Of a DNA stretch of 52,362 nt, positions 8,931-18,216 are shown piece by piece. The notes below the pieces were generated by a model that saw only the letters and a program-made list of their open reading frames with translations, was not told the DNA's origin and did no database searches. This stretch comes from a virus (taxonomy: Duplodnaviria > Caudoviricetes): the IMG/VR virus record IMGVR_UViG_3300043673_000008, positions 1 to 52,362 of that record; one strand, given 5' to 3'. The translations under genes and the position numbers were made by a program. Numbering within the stretch: the stretch's first letter is position 1; each line of letters starts with the position of its first letter.

Positions 8931-9440
8931 ATGGGACGCTTCTATCCGCGTAACGCGCAGTCGCGTGATGGCGCTCGTCAGGGGCCGGATCATATTTCCG
9001 GCAATAGTCCACGTCAGCAACGTAGTAAGCGTGATGATGACGTGAACAACTTGTATGGTCGCGCCTCTACCTTCGCTCTGGCTTCGACTGGTGCGAACAG
9101 CGTCGCCGCGTCCAGTTTGGTCGCGGGCTTCAACGGCGTGGTGTTCACCCTTACCGGTGCAGATCAGTGGGCAGGCGATGTCGCTGGCTCGCTCAAGATC
9201 AACTCTCTGATCGCCGGGTTGTCCGGTTCCGGCGCGGCTGGCTTGCAGGCGTCTCTGAACGCCGCCGCCTTCTCGCTGGACATCAGCATGCGGAAGTTGA
9301 ACGTCAAGTTCCCGGCCACCGCCGCCTATTCGATCGGTGCGAGCCAGTCCTACAATTGGACCTTTCCAGAAGATTTCTTCATTTTCAAGGCCGGTGCGGT
9401 GACTGTCACCAGCGCCATGGTCGTCACCTTCGGAGCTTAA
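8931..9440 (+). CDS. Putative virion structural or decoration protein
   Basis: Ala/Ser/Gly-rich beta-type composition, in head module, AAGGA RBS. Confidence 0.6.
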   Translation: MGRFYPRNAQSRDGARQGPDHISGNSPRQQRSKRDDDVNNLYGRASTFALASTGANSVAASSLVAGFNGVVFTLTGADQWAGDVAGSLKINSLIAGLSGSGAAGLQASLNAAAFSLDISMRKLNVKFPATAAYSIGASQSYNWTFPEDFFIFKAGAVTVTSAMVVTFGA

Positions 9441-9441
9441 A

Positions 9442-9765
9442 ATGGCCGGTGCAGGCGAGCGTTTCAGTATCGGTTCGATCTCGGCGGCGACTTCGCTGAT
9501 GATCTGCCAAAACGATTATCTGCCCACGCGGTTCCCGCTGGGCGGCTTGAACCTCTGCTTCAATGCGAACTCCAATTGGCTCGGCACAGTGTCTGTGGAC
9601 AACGGTGTCGGCATCACCGACATCACGTCTCTGCTGACCAACGCCGGTTCTGTCGGCGGGGCCGCTGGGCAAAAGCTTTTCCGTGTCGTGAATTTCTACC
9701 CCTGGAAGGTTTGGCTCAATGTGTCCTCCGTCGCGGGCAATGTAAACTATTCGGTGAGCATGTAA
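9442..9765 (+). CDS. Putative virion structural protein
   Basis: 107 aa, coupled to neighbours in the head module. Confidence 0.6.
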   Translation: MAGAGERFSIGSISAATSLMICQNDYLPTRFPLGGLNLCFNANSNWLGTVSVDNGVGITDITSLLTNAGSVGGAAGQKLFRVVNFYPWKVWLNVSSVAGNVNYSVSM

Positions 9766-10799
9766 TGACCAAGGGTATTGCCACAACCCTAACAGACCGG
9801 GAAATCTTCGCGGTTGGCACTTGGAGCGGCTCGCGCAAGGTCGTCGCGGATACCGCGTTCCTCGACCAGATCGTCGCGAGCTATGAGAACCTGAATTCAA
9901 AGGTCAACGGCTTCGCCATCCCGATCAAGCTGGGCCACAACAAGAAAGTGGGCGAGCCCGCCTACGGATATGCGACCAACGTGCGTCGCGAGGGCAGCAC
10001 CCTGATCGCCGACTTTACCGACATGGCCCCCGAAATCGTGGACGCCATTCAGCAAAAACGCTACAATGCTGTTTCAGTGGAGTTGTGGCCCGAAATCGAA
10101 TACGCGGGCGTCAAATTCTCTCAGGTTCTCAGCGGCGTTGCGCTTCTCGGGGCTGAATGGCCCGCCGTCAAAGGTCTCCAACCACTTTATGCGTCAGAGT
10201 TTACCGGCGACGGTGCGCTCACGCTCTCGAAAGAGGAAGTCGAAATGCCGAATTTCACTCAGGAACAGCACGAAGTCCTTCTGGCCGCAGCCGTTGCCGC
10301 CGCCGTAAGTGACGCGGGGACGAGCTTCACCGCCCAGGTCGCCGAACTGTCGGCCCAGGTTACCGCCGCCGCTGCGCGCGCCGACACCGCCGAAGCCGCT
10401 CTCGCGCTGTTCGCCGAGGAAGCCGAGAAGAAAGACATCGCCGCGATCATCGAAGCCGCCGAGAAGGCTGGCAAGATCGTCCCGGCAAACAAGGCCAGTG
10501 TGGTCGCGTTCGCGGAAACCCTCCGCAAGTCGATTGCGAAGCCGGAAGACCGCAAGGTCGCTATGGCGTCGTTCAAGTCCTTCGTCGAAGCTCTGCCCAA
10601 GAAGGTGGACTTCACCGAGGAAGCCCGTTCCGAGGGCGAGCGCCCCGGTGGCGAGGCAATGACTGCGGGTCAGGAAGTCGTGAACCGCGTCGCCAAGCTT
10701 CGTCAGGCCGACAAGGGTCTATCCTTCAAGGATGCGATGGCGCAGGTCTTCGCCGCCGACGACGATCTCAAAAACCGTTATGCAGAGGAAAATCGCTAA
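9765..10799 (+). CDS. Mu-like prohead protease/scaffold; probable internal scaffold start at 10245
   Basis: EIFAVGTW, PIKLGH, YNAVSVE, VALLGAEWPAVKGL motifs; Ala-rich coiled-coil C-terminal half with GAGGA RBS before ATG 10245. Confidence 0.88.
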   Translation: MTKGIATTLTDREIFAVGTWSGSRKVVADTAFLDQIVASYENLNSKVNGFAIPIKLGHNKKVGEPAYGYATNVRREGSTLIADFTDMAPEIVDAIQQKRYNAVSVELWPEIEYAGVKFSQVLSGVALLGAEWPAVKGLQPLYASEFTGDGALTLSKEEVEMPNFTQEQHEVLLAAAVAAAVSDAGTSFTAQVAELSAQVTAAAARADTAEAALALFAEEAEKKDIAAIIEAAEKAGKIVPANKASVVAFAETLRKSIAKPEDRKVAMASFKSFVEALPKKVDFTEEARSEGERPGGEAMTAGQEVVNRVAKLRQADKGLSFKDAMAQVFAADDDLKNRYAEENR

Positions 10800-11176
10800 T
10801 GTACTCGAACAACCAGCGCAATGAGGCTTTCGTTGCCAGCGGCGATCTCTCCGCCTGCGTCAACCGTATCGTCTCCCAGCTTGCCGACTTCAAGGTCGGT
10901 CTCGCCACGGCGGGCACCGGCTTCGGCGTCCTTGCCAATGAGCCGAAAGACAAGGAACATGCCTCCGTCGCCACCGATGGCGTCGTGATGGTTCGCGGCG
11001 GTGCCGCCCTGACTGCCGGTCAGTACATCACCGCTGCGACTTCGGGCTGGGGAGTGGTTGTTACCTCCGGCGCGGGCGCGGAAGTCGTCGGTCGCGTCGA
11101 GGCCGGTTGCGCCTCGGGTATGCTCGCTGCCGTCAAGCTGGGCCAGTTCTACCGCGCGAATAGCGTCGGCAACTAA
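10799..11176 (+). CDS. Capsid cement/decoration protein (DUF2190-like)
   Basis: Size, Gly/Ala/Val composition, position between scaffold and major capsid. Confidence 0.75.
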   Translation: MYSNNQRNEAFVASGDLSACVNRIVSQLADFKVGLATAGTGFGVLANEPKDKEHASVATDGVVMVRGGAALTAGQYITAATSGWGVVVTSGAGAEVVGRVEAGCASGMLAAVKLGQFYRANSVGN

Positions 11177-11188
11177 TAGGAGTTTTCA

Positions 11189-12139
11189 ATGCCTCTGCAA
11201 ACTGGCCGCGACCTTCATGTCGATCAGGTTCTCACCAACTACGTGGTGGGACGGCGTCCGCCCGGCTTCATCGCCGATCAGATCGTCCCTGTCTTGCCTG
11301 TCAGCAAGCGCTCGAACCTGTACTACAAGCGCAACTACAAGGAAGGCTTGATCTATACGCCGAATATGGACCGCATGGCTCCCGGCGCTGCGGCTCGAGA
11401 GGTCTTCTGGACCGTGTCGAGCGACACCTATTATGCCGAAAAGTTCGGCCTGGGCTCCTACTGGACGACCGAAGACGCGGTGAACGCGGATGAAGTCTTG
11501 CAGCTTGATCAGGAGACCGCCGAATTCGTCACCGATCGCCTGCTCATTTCGTATGAAATGCGCGTCGCCAACGCGATCGGCACCAACGTCTTCACCACGA
11601 CCCATGTGAACACCGCTTGGTCGAATACCACCGGTTCGCGCCCCTACGACGACATCACCAATCAGATCGAGTTGTTCCGCGAGCAGAACACCCTGCGCCC
11701 GAACGTGGCGATCATCCCCGAGAAGGTGATGCAGAACCTCCGCAAGTCGGATCAGCTTCGCGACCTCCTGTTCGGCGATCGCGGCGGCGTGCCGACCAAC
11801 GAGCAGCTTCAAGGGTTGTTCAACATCGCCAAGGTGCTGGTCCCCGAGACCTTCGTGAATACCCAGGGTCCCGGTGAAACCTTCGCCGGTTCCGGCTCCA
11901 TCAGCGCCGCCTGGGGCGATCAGATGACTTTCCTGTATGTGGCCGGAGCCCCCGGTCGCAAAGTGGACACCTTCATCCAGGGTTTCCGCTGGACCGACCC
12001 CGCGCTGGGCGTGCCCTTCGCGATCCGTCGCCTGCCGTATAACGCCAAGCGTATGCGCCAGGACATCGACGCCATCTACTATCAGGCCGAGAAGATCGTT
12101 TCTTCCGAACTCGGCTTCCGTGTGGACAGCCTCGTGTAA
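11189..12139 (+). CDS. Major capsid protein
   Basis: VDQVLTNY...FIADQIVP N-terminus, RPNVAII motif, strong AGGAG RBS. Confidence 0.9.
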   Translation: MPLQTGRDLHVDQVLTNYVVGRRPPGFIADQIVPVLPVSKRSNLYYKRNYKEGLIYTPNMDRMAPGAAAREVFWTVSSDTYYAEKFGLGSYWTTEDAVNADEVLQLDQETAEFVTDRLLISYEMRVANAIGTNVFTTTHVNTAWSNTTGSRPYDDITNQIELFREQNTLRPNVAIIPEKVMQNLRKSDQLRDLLFGDRGGVPTNEQLQGLFNIAKVLVPETFVNTQGPGETFAGSGSISAAWGDQMTFLYVAGAPGRKVDTFIQGFRWTDPALGVPFAIRRLPYNAKRMRQDIDAIYYQAEKIVSSELGFRVDSLV

Positions 12140-12183
12140 GATTGATCGCAACGGCCCCCGCTTCCCCCGCCGTGCATCGACAG

Positions 12184-12222
12184 CAACCCGTCCCTCGAAA
12201 GAGTGGACGGGTTGTCCGTTTT
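12184..12222 (+). terminator. Terminator-like hairpin after the capsid gene
   Basis: CAACCCGTCC-CTC-GAAA-GAG-T-GGACGGGTTG followed by TCCGTTTT. Confidence 0.65.
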
Positions 12223-12261
12223 CGTGGTATGGCGACCGCATCAGGTGGGGGAATTCCAACA

Positions 12262-15171
12262 ATGCAAATTACGTTCGCGTGCGGAGCTATGCCGTTCGGT
12301 CCTGAGACGCCTTCCAGAGCGAGCCTGGGGGGCTCCGAGACGGCAGCCTTGATGATGGCTAAGGCGGTAGCGGCGCGCGGCCACGAGGTCACCATGTTCT
12401 GCAACCTGCCGCCTGAGGGCAGGCCAGACTTCTTTCCCTCCGGCGAGAAGCACACCGATGGCGTCCGCTATGTGGACCTCAAGCATTACCAGAATTTCAC
12501 CACAATTCACGCCGTCGATTTGTTGATCGTCCTGCGCGACCCAAATCTGATCGCCATTCCCGCCCAGGCCAAGAAGAAGGTCTTGTGGGCGCACGACATC
12601 TTCACCAAGCGTGGCATGGGTCGGGCGCTGGATCAGATCGCCTTCACCTTCGACGAGATTTGGGCCGTCAGCGAGTGGCATAAATACCAGATCGCGGAAG
12701 CCACCGGCTATCCCGAGAACCGGATCGTTGCTCTGCGCAACGGCATCGTGAAGTACGCCGACATCATTGACATGCCGCGCGCCGAGAACCAGCTTGTCTA
12801 TGCGTCGCGCCCGGAGCGCGGCCTCGAAAACCTCGTGAAGCCGGGCGGCGTCATGGAGAACCTGCCTGAGTTCAATCTCGTGGTCGCCATGTATGAGCAT
12901 TTCCCCAAGGATATGGAGGAATTCTACCGCTATATCTTCGACTGCTGCCGCCGCCTGCCGAACGTCACCCTGCTCGGCGGCAAGCCCAACGCGGAACTTC
13001 GCCAAATTATCAAAGAAAGCGCGGGCTACATCTACCCGACGCAGTTCGAGGAAACTTCCTGTATCTTGGCGCGCGAGTGCCTTGAACAGGGAACGCCGTT
13101 CCTGACTACTAGCGTCGGCGCGTTGCCGGAAACGCTCGGCGACGAAGGCATCTATTTCGAGGATTATCTGTTTGCTATCGGGGTAAAAGAGCCCGAACGC
13201 GGCTCTACCGGCTGGTGCCAGTTGTTCGCCAGTTTTGTGCGCCATTCGTTGCGCCAGAAGGAAAAGATCGACGAAATCTGCGCGCAGGGCATGATGCGCG
13301 AAGACCTGTATTGGGATGGCGTCGCCGAAATGGCGGAGCCGCACTTCGCCGCGCCGTTCGGCACGCCGTTCTCTCGGCTGTGGTCTCTCATTCAGGACGG
13401 CGACGTGATCCCTGCACGGGCATTCTATTCCTCGATCGAACATGACACGCACCTCCTGGGCGGCATCGCCGAAGAACTCAAGCTCTACGACTTCATCAAC
13501 GGTGACATCGGGGCCTACTACGACAAGTTCTACCGCATCAAGGACGTGGAAACGACGGAGCTTCATTTCACCGATCAGGTCACCGGACCGCGCTGCGCTG
13601 CGATCGCCGAACAGATCGCCACCCTACCGCCCGGTAGCACCATCTTCGAGTATGGCTGCGGCCCAGGCCACGTCCTCGCGCCGATGGCGAAGCTGTTCCC
13701 GCAGCATCAGTTCATCGGCTATGACTTCTCTGAGGCTGCCGTGGGCGTTGTCAATGCTGGGGCCGAGGCAACCGACCTGACCAATCTCGTAGCGAGGGCT
13801 ACTCCGTTTGGCCCCTCTAATCCTGAGTTCAAGGGGTTCGACGCGGTGATCTGCTCCGAAGTGTTGGAGCATGTGGTAGAACCGTGGAAGCTTCTGCAAG
13901 AGGTCGAGGCGTTCGCTAAACCGGGCGGACTTATGATCATCACAACGCCGTTTGGCGCATGGGAGCCATTGAGCTACGAGAGCGACGGTGGCAAGCGCTG
14001 GCGCGAACGCTTCCACCTGTGGAGTATCGACCGCAATATGTTCAAGGCAATGTGCGACGGCGACAAGCCCGAGCAGAAAGCCATGATGATCGTCGCCCAT
14101 CCCGCGACGGAGTGGATGCGTCCGATCGGCAACTTCCTGTTCACCTATCGCGCCGACCATCGCCCGACCAAGTCCGTTGACCCATACGTAAAGGCGCTCG
14201 CCCATTGGACGCGTGAGACCTGCGCCGCCGTGGTGATCGCCTACAACAATGAGGACACGATCCTGCGCCTGATGAACAGCCTGGACCGCAAGGTTCAGTA
14301 TGTGCAGATCGCCATGGGACCTTCGACAGATGGCACCTATGATCTCCTGATGGGCTGGTTTCAGACCCATCCGTGGATGCGCTTCAACATCGTTGACGTG
14401 CCGAAGATCGAGCCGTGGAAGTTCGGCTTCGATGACGCCCGCAACGCCAGCACCAAGGACATTGCCGCCGACTGCGAATGGATGCTATGGATCGACACCG
14501 ATGAATACCTCTCGGGCGAAATTAGGAAGTATCTGCGTCCGTCGTCGATGGATGGCTACCTCGTCGCCCAACATCACTTCACTGTCGAGCCGCGCGGCAA
14601 TCCTCCCGAGATCGACCGCCCTGCCCGCCTGATCCGCAGCGATCGCGGCTATAAGGCATTCGGCCATATCCACGAGCATTTCGAGGTGCCCGAGGGTGGT
14701 CCAGGCCGCTGCATCCTCTTGAACGACGTGGACATCGGCCATGTCGGCTATGTCAACGAACAGACCCGGCAGGGGCGGTTCTTCCGCAACTTCCCATTCC
14801 TTGAATGGGAACACTCCACGAACCCGGATCGGAAGCTGCACAAATTCCTATGGTTCAGGGACATCATCCACAGGATGCGGTTTCAGCAGGACCCGAAGGC
14901 CCGCACTGCACTCGCCGAGGAAGCCGTTTCATACTATAATACGCACCAAATCGAAATGGGCGCTTTCGGGCCGGGACTGTTCATGTCCCTCAAGTATCTG
15001 TCAGAAGCCTATGCGGCTCTCAATCGGGGTACGCCAATCAAGGTTCAGGTCATGCTCGACGACCGGAACGCAGTGATCGAAGGTCGGTTCGAGAGCTATG
15101 AGCAGGTCGAGAAGGTCGTCGGCCAGCTTCTCGCAGACGAGTTCAAAACCCGCAACGACAGGTACTATTGA
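12262..15171 (+). CDS. Tri-domain GT-B (GT4-like) / SAM methyltransferase / GT-A (GT2-like) fusion
   Basis: LGGSETA, YASRPERGL, FEETSCILARE (GT-B); FEYGCGPG, CSEVLEH, KPGG (class I MTase); IAYNNE, FDDARN, WIDTDE, HIHEH, HVGY (GT2). Confidence 0.9.
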   Translation: MQITFACGAMPFGPETPSRASLGGSETAALMMAKAVAARGHEVTMFCNLPPEGRPDFFPSGEKHTDGVRYVDLKHYQNFTTIHAVDLLIVLRDPNLIAIPAQAKKKVLWAHDIFTKRGMGRALDQIAFTFDEIWAVSEWHKYQIAEATGYPENRIVALRNGIVKYADIIDMPRAENQLVYASRPERGLENLVKPGGVMENLPEFNLVVAMYEHFPKDMEEFYRYIFDCCRRLPNVTLLGGKPNAELRQIIKESAGYIYPTQFEETSCILARECLEQGTPFLTTSVGALPETLGDEGIYFEDYLFAIGVKEPERGSTGWCQLFASFVRHSLRQKEKIDEICAQGMMREDLYWDGVAEMAEPHFAAPFGTPFSRLWSLIQDGDVIPARAFYSSIEHDTHLLGGIAEELKLYDFINGDIGAYYDKFYRIKDVETTELHFTDQVTGPRCAAIAEQIATLPPGSTIFEYGCGPGHVLAPMAKLFPQHQFIGYDFSEAAVGVVNAGAEATDLTNLVARATPFGPSNPEFKGFDAVICSEVLEHVVEPWKLLQEVEAFAKPGGLMIITTPFGAWEPLSYESDGGKRWRERFHLWSIDRNMFKAMCDGDKPEQKAMMIVAHPATEWMRPIGNFLFTYRADHRPTKSVDPYVKALAHWTRETCAAVVIAYNNEDTILRLMNSLDRKVQYVQIAMGPSTDGTYDLLMGWFQTHPWMRFNIVDVPKIEPWKFGFDDARNASTKDIAADCEWMLWIDTDEYLSGEIRKYLRPSSMDGYLVAQHHFTVEPRGNPPEIDRPARLIRSDRGYKAFGHIHEHFEVPEGGPGRCILLNDVDIGHVGYVNEQTRQGRFFRNFPFLEWEHSTNPDRKLHKFLWFRDIIHRMRFQQDPKARTALAEEAVSYYNTHQIEMGAFGPGLFMSLKYLSEAYAALNRGTPIKVQVMLDDRNAVIEGRFESYEQVEKVVGQLLADEFKTRNDRYY

Positions 15172-15644
15172 TGTATGCCACGATCTCCGATGTCTTCAAG
15201 CGCTACCCGCTGGTCGAGAACGTCGTCGGCGCGGGCGTCGATCAGGTCGGCAGCGTGGACGTGTCGTCTGTCTATATCGCGGATAGCGAGAGCATCGTGA
15301 ATGCTTACCTCTCGCGCCGCTATGTTCTGCCGTTAACAATCGAGCCGATCCTGACGTGGATCACAAGCGACATTGCAATTTACAGGCTGTTCGAGGACAA
15401 GCTGCCGCGCTTCCCCGATGCGATCGAGAAGCGTTATACGGCGGCTATGTCGATGTTGAGCAACATCCAGCTTGGTAAGATTGACCTGACGCTCTCGTTG
15501 CAGCAGGTCACTAGCGGCGGCGATCAGGATGCCTGGACCAGCGCCTCAAGCTGGGTCGGGCCGGTCTTCCAGCCCGCCGAGAGCATCACCAATGTCCAGT
15601 GTATCCACGATCCGTTTATGTGGACCGATCGCAGGAGCTTCTAA
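15171..15644 (+). CDS. Head-tail adaptor (Mu gp36/DUF1320-like)
   Basis: MYATISDV, VNAYLSRRYVLPL, DIAIYRL, RYTAAM motifs. Confidence 0.85.
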   Translation: MYATISDVFKRYPLVENVVGAGVDQVGSVDVSSVYIADSESIVNAYLSRRYVLPLTIEPILTWITSDIAIYRLFEDKLPRFPDAIEKRYTAAMSMLSNIQLGKIDLTLSLQQVTSGGDQDAWTSASSWVGPVFQPAESITNVQCIHDPFMWTDRRSF

Positions 15645-16249
15645 TGCCTGTGATCGAGATTAAGCTTGAAGGCTTCGACGAGCTTCTGGCGGCTACAGGG
15701 AAGCTCCCCAAGGCGATATCTTCCCAACTCCCTGCCCTGTTCCGCAGCCTTGGCGTCGCCCTGGTGGACAACGTCAAGAGCCGTATCATCAGTCGTGACG
15801 GTGGGACCTGGGCGGGCGCGTCCAAGTGGGCGCGGGCGAAGACAGGTCAAAACTTCCCGACCCTCCTGGGCGCGGAGAAGTATGTCCGCATGTCGGTCAG
15901 CGGCACCACGCTCAAGGTCTTCGGTCAGACCGGCAAGTCGTGGACCCTAACCCAGCATCACGAGGGTTTCCAGAACGAGCTTTCCAGCGCCGATGAGGAA
16001 CGTGATAGCGCCGGGCGCATTGTCCTTCAAATCAAGGACCCGGTCCCACTGAACCTTTATGCCGAATACCGCAAAAAGCGGGACGGCTCTGTCGTGCCGC
16101 GCGCCAGCGTGTTCTGCTTCGTGCCGAAGCGCGCCGGGCAGACGCCCGCCCGCCGCATCTGGCCTACCGAGGCCGAAGCCAACGAGATCGCCCAGCCGAT
16201 TGGCTCGCGGTGGCTGGAAAAGGTCAAGCAGGAAGCCGGGTTCAAATGA
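15644..16249 (+). CDS. Neck/virion morphogenesis protein (Mu gpG-like)
   Basis: Position; GGTW, HHEG, PARRIW motifs. Confidence 0.65.
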   Translation: MPVIEIKLEGFDELLAATGKLPKAISSQLPALFRSLGVALVDNVKSRIISRDGGTWAGASKWARAKTGQNFPTLLGAEKYVRMSVSGTTLKVFGQTGKSWTLTQHHEGFQNELSSADEERDSAGRIVLQIKDPVPLNLYAEYRKKRDGSVVPRASVFCFVPKRAGQTPARRIWPTEAEANEIAQPIGSRWLEKVKQEAGFK

Positions 16250-16695
16250 CTAACTTCGTAAATTACAAGCAAATCCTGATCGACTTCCAAACGGCACTTG
16301 CAGGGGCCACCCTGATCAATGGCTTGGTCTTGAAGAAGGTCTTTAAGAACGCGCAGGATATGGACTTCGACTACGTCAACATGCCGTTGGCGGACTGCCG
16401 CCTCAAGCACAACATCCCTTTGAATATGGCTGGGAACAGCTACTACGCCGACCTGATGGTCGAGGTTGAGATCGCCTGCTTTGACATGACCTCAAGGGAC
16501 AAATGCGCTACAATGCGCGATGATTTGACGAACGCAGTGCAGCGGTTCTTCCAGCAGAACCCTCACTTCTCGGCGTTTGTCGATACGGTCCAAATTGGGG
16601 CCTGCCAGTTCGAGACGGGGGAAACCAAGGCACAAGGCGAGTTTATCGCGGCGGCCGTCTTGGAATTCCACGTCAAACTCTATTCGGAGACATAG
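16246..16695 (+). CDS. Putative tail terminator
   Basis: Size and position before the tail tube gene. Confidence 0.6.
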   Translation: MTNFVNYKQILIDFQTALAGATLINGLVLKKVFKNAQDMDFDYVNMPLADCRLKHNIPLNMAGNSYYADLMVEVEIACFDMTSRDKCATMRDDLTNAVQRFFQQNPHFSAFVDTVQIGACQFETGETKAQGEFIAAAVLEFHVKLYSET

Positions 16696-16698
16696 TCA

Positions 16699-17799
16699 AT
16701 GCCCAGCGGTAACGGCGGTCAAATTGCGTTCGCGAAGGTGGCCTCGCTCTATAGCACGGTCAACACCATCAATATTTGGGCGAACTTTTCCAGCGAGACG
16801 CTGGAACACAAGCTTGCGGAACTGAGCGAGACTTCGATCAACGGTCGGCGCGATCAGCCGAACGCCTATAAGGGCATCGACAGTGGCGCGGGCGATATCG
16901 TCATCGAGCCCAACCCCAACTTCTTGGGTCACCTCCTGACTTCGTGGTATGGCAGCGCCGTCTATACGTCATCGACGGTTTGCGGCGTCACCTCCACCGG
17001 TGCCAACAGCAGCCAGTTCGCTGGGGCGCAGGTCAACTACCATCGCTTCCAACCGTCGCAGACCGCTTGGAGCGGCTTCACCTATCTGGAACCCTACAAC
17101 GTCATGGTCTATCGCGACGTGGGTTCCGCGTGGCTTTTCCAGGGATCAATCATCCCATCGCTCAAATTCGACCTCAAGGCGGGCGCGTTGCTGAAAGTGA
17201 CTGCGACCGTCATGGCGCGTCAGGTTAACCTGATCCAGCGCACCGCCGCGATCCAATCCCTCGTATCCAGTGGCGGTCGCCCGTGGGTTTGGGATCAGGC
17301 GTCTGTCGAGCTTTCGACCGACACCTCCTGCGCCAACCTCGCCGCCGCCACCAACTTCGAGGAACTGACCTTAGGCTTCGATCTCCCGCATACCGGTGTC
17401 ACGCTTCTGAATGGCACCAAGAATTACGGCGAGTTCCAGCCCTCCAACTTTCGCACGCTCAAGATCGACGGCACCATGTCGTTCCGCGATCAGGCCAGCT
17501 ATCTGACCTTCAAGGCTTACGAGGCCGTGCGCCTTCGCGCCACTCTCTTGAACGTCAATTCCCTGCTCCTGCTGGGCAATCCGGCGTCCGCCGATCAAAC
17601 CCTGTTTCAGGGCTACTTCGGTCTTCGCTTCCATGTTCCGTCGATGATCTTCACCTCTTGGTCCGCGCCGATGCCCGGCCCGAACCGGATCAGCGTGAAG
17701 TTCGCCGCCCGCGCTCAATATAGCGAGAGCGAAGGCTTCTCGTCCGTCGCGGAGCTTATCAACGTCGTAAACAGCGCGGCCTACACGACCACGTATTAA
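16699..17799 (+). CDS. Major tail tube protein
   Basis: Position before the chaperones and tape measure; siphovirus tube-like beta composition. Confidence 0.8.
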   Translation: MPSGNGGQIAFAKVASLYSTVNTINIWANFSSETLEHKLAELSETSINGRRDQPNAYKGIDSGAGDIVIEPNPNFLGHLLTSWYGSAVYTSSTVCGVTSTGANSSQFAGAQVNYHRFQPSQTAWSGFTYLEPYNVMVYRDVGSAWLFQGSIIPSLKFDLKAGALLKVTATVMARQVNLIQRTAAIQSLVSSGGRPWVWDQASVELSTDTSCANLAAATNFEELTLGFDLPHTGVTLLNGTKNYGEFQPSNFRTLKIDGTMSFRDQASYLTFKAYEAVRLRATLLNVNSLLLLGNPASADQTLFQGYFGLRFHVPSMIFTSWSAPMPGPNRISVKFAARAQYSESEGFSSVAELINVVNSAAYTTTY

Positions 17800-17844
17800 A
17801 GCATCAAGTGGCCGCGTGGGGCGGCTATCACCAGGGGGAATAAA

Positions 17845-18216
17845 ATGAAAGCGGGCTTTTCGCTCACCAAACGCTTTGTGCCTAGCTTCAATGGGAACAA
17901 GGACCTTCCGACTGAGCAGCAGTTGATCGCCGTACTGGCGATGCCGGAGGTGCAGGACGTGTTCGCGATCCTTGAGCGCCTCTCTGCGGCTGGCTTCAAG
18001 GCCGGTGAAGCGTCCTCGGTCTCCATGTCTCAGGCCACGCAGATCGCCAAAGAGGCCGGTCAGTTCATTCCGAAATATGTGAAGCTGGATAATGCCGAGG
18101 ACTTCTCGGTCGGCGACGTGATCAAGTATCCGCCGTACTTCCCGCTCGCCACCGAACTCCTGTTCGCGCTTGTTGACTTCGCCCAGCCGAACGAGGCCGA
18201 CGTAAAAAACTCCTAA
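17845..18216 (+). CDS. Tail assembly chaperone (gpG analogue)
   Basis: Between tube and tape measure; ends at slippery heptamer A-AAA-AAC (18204-18210). Confidence 0.8.
   Translation: MKAGFSLTKRFVPSFNGNKDLPTEQQLIAVLAMPEVQDVFAILERLSAAGFKAGEASSVSMSQATQIAKEAGQFIPKYVKLDNAEDFSVGDVIKYPPYFPLATELLFALVDFAQPNEADVKNS

Noticed and set aside
12142-12261. N-terminal 40 aa extension of the GT fusion in the ORF track
   Set aside because: The TTG start lacks an RBS and spans a terminator-like hairpin; ATG 12262 has an SD and begins the GT-B fold
5685-16249. Transposable Mu-like prophage
   Set aside because: No transposase A/B, repressor or host flanks; the phage encodes its own replisome
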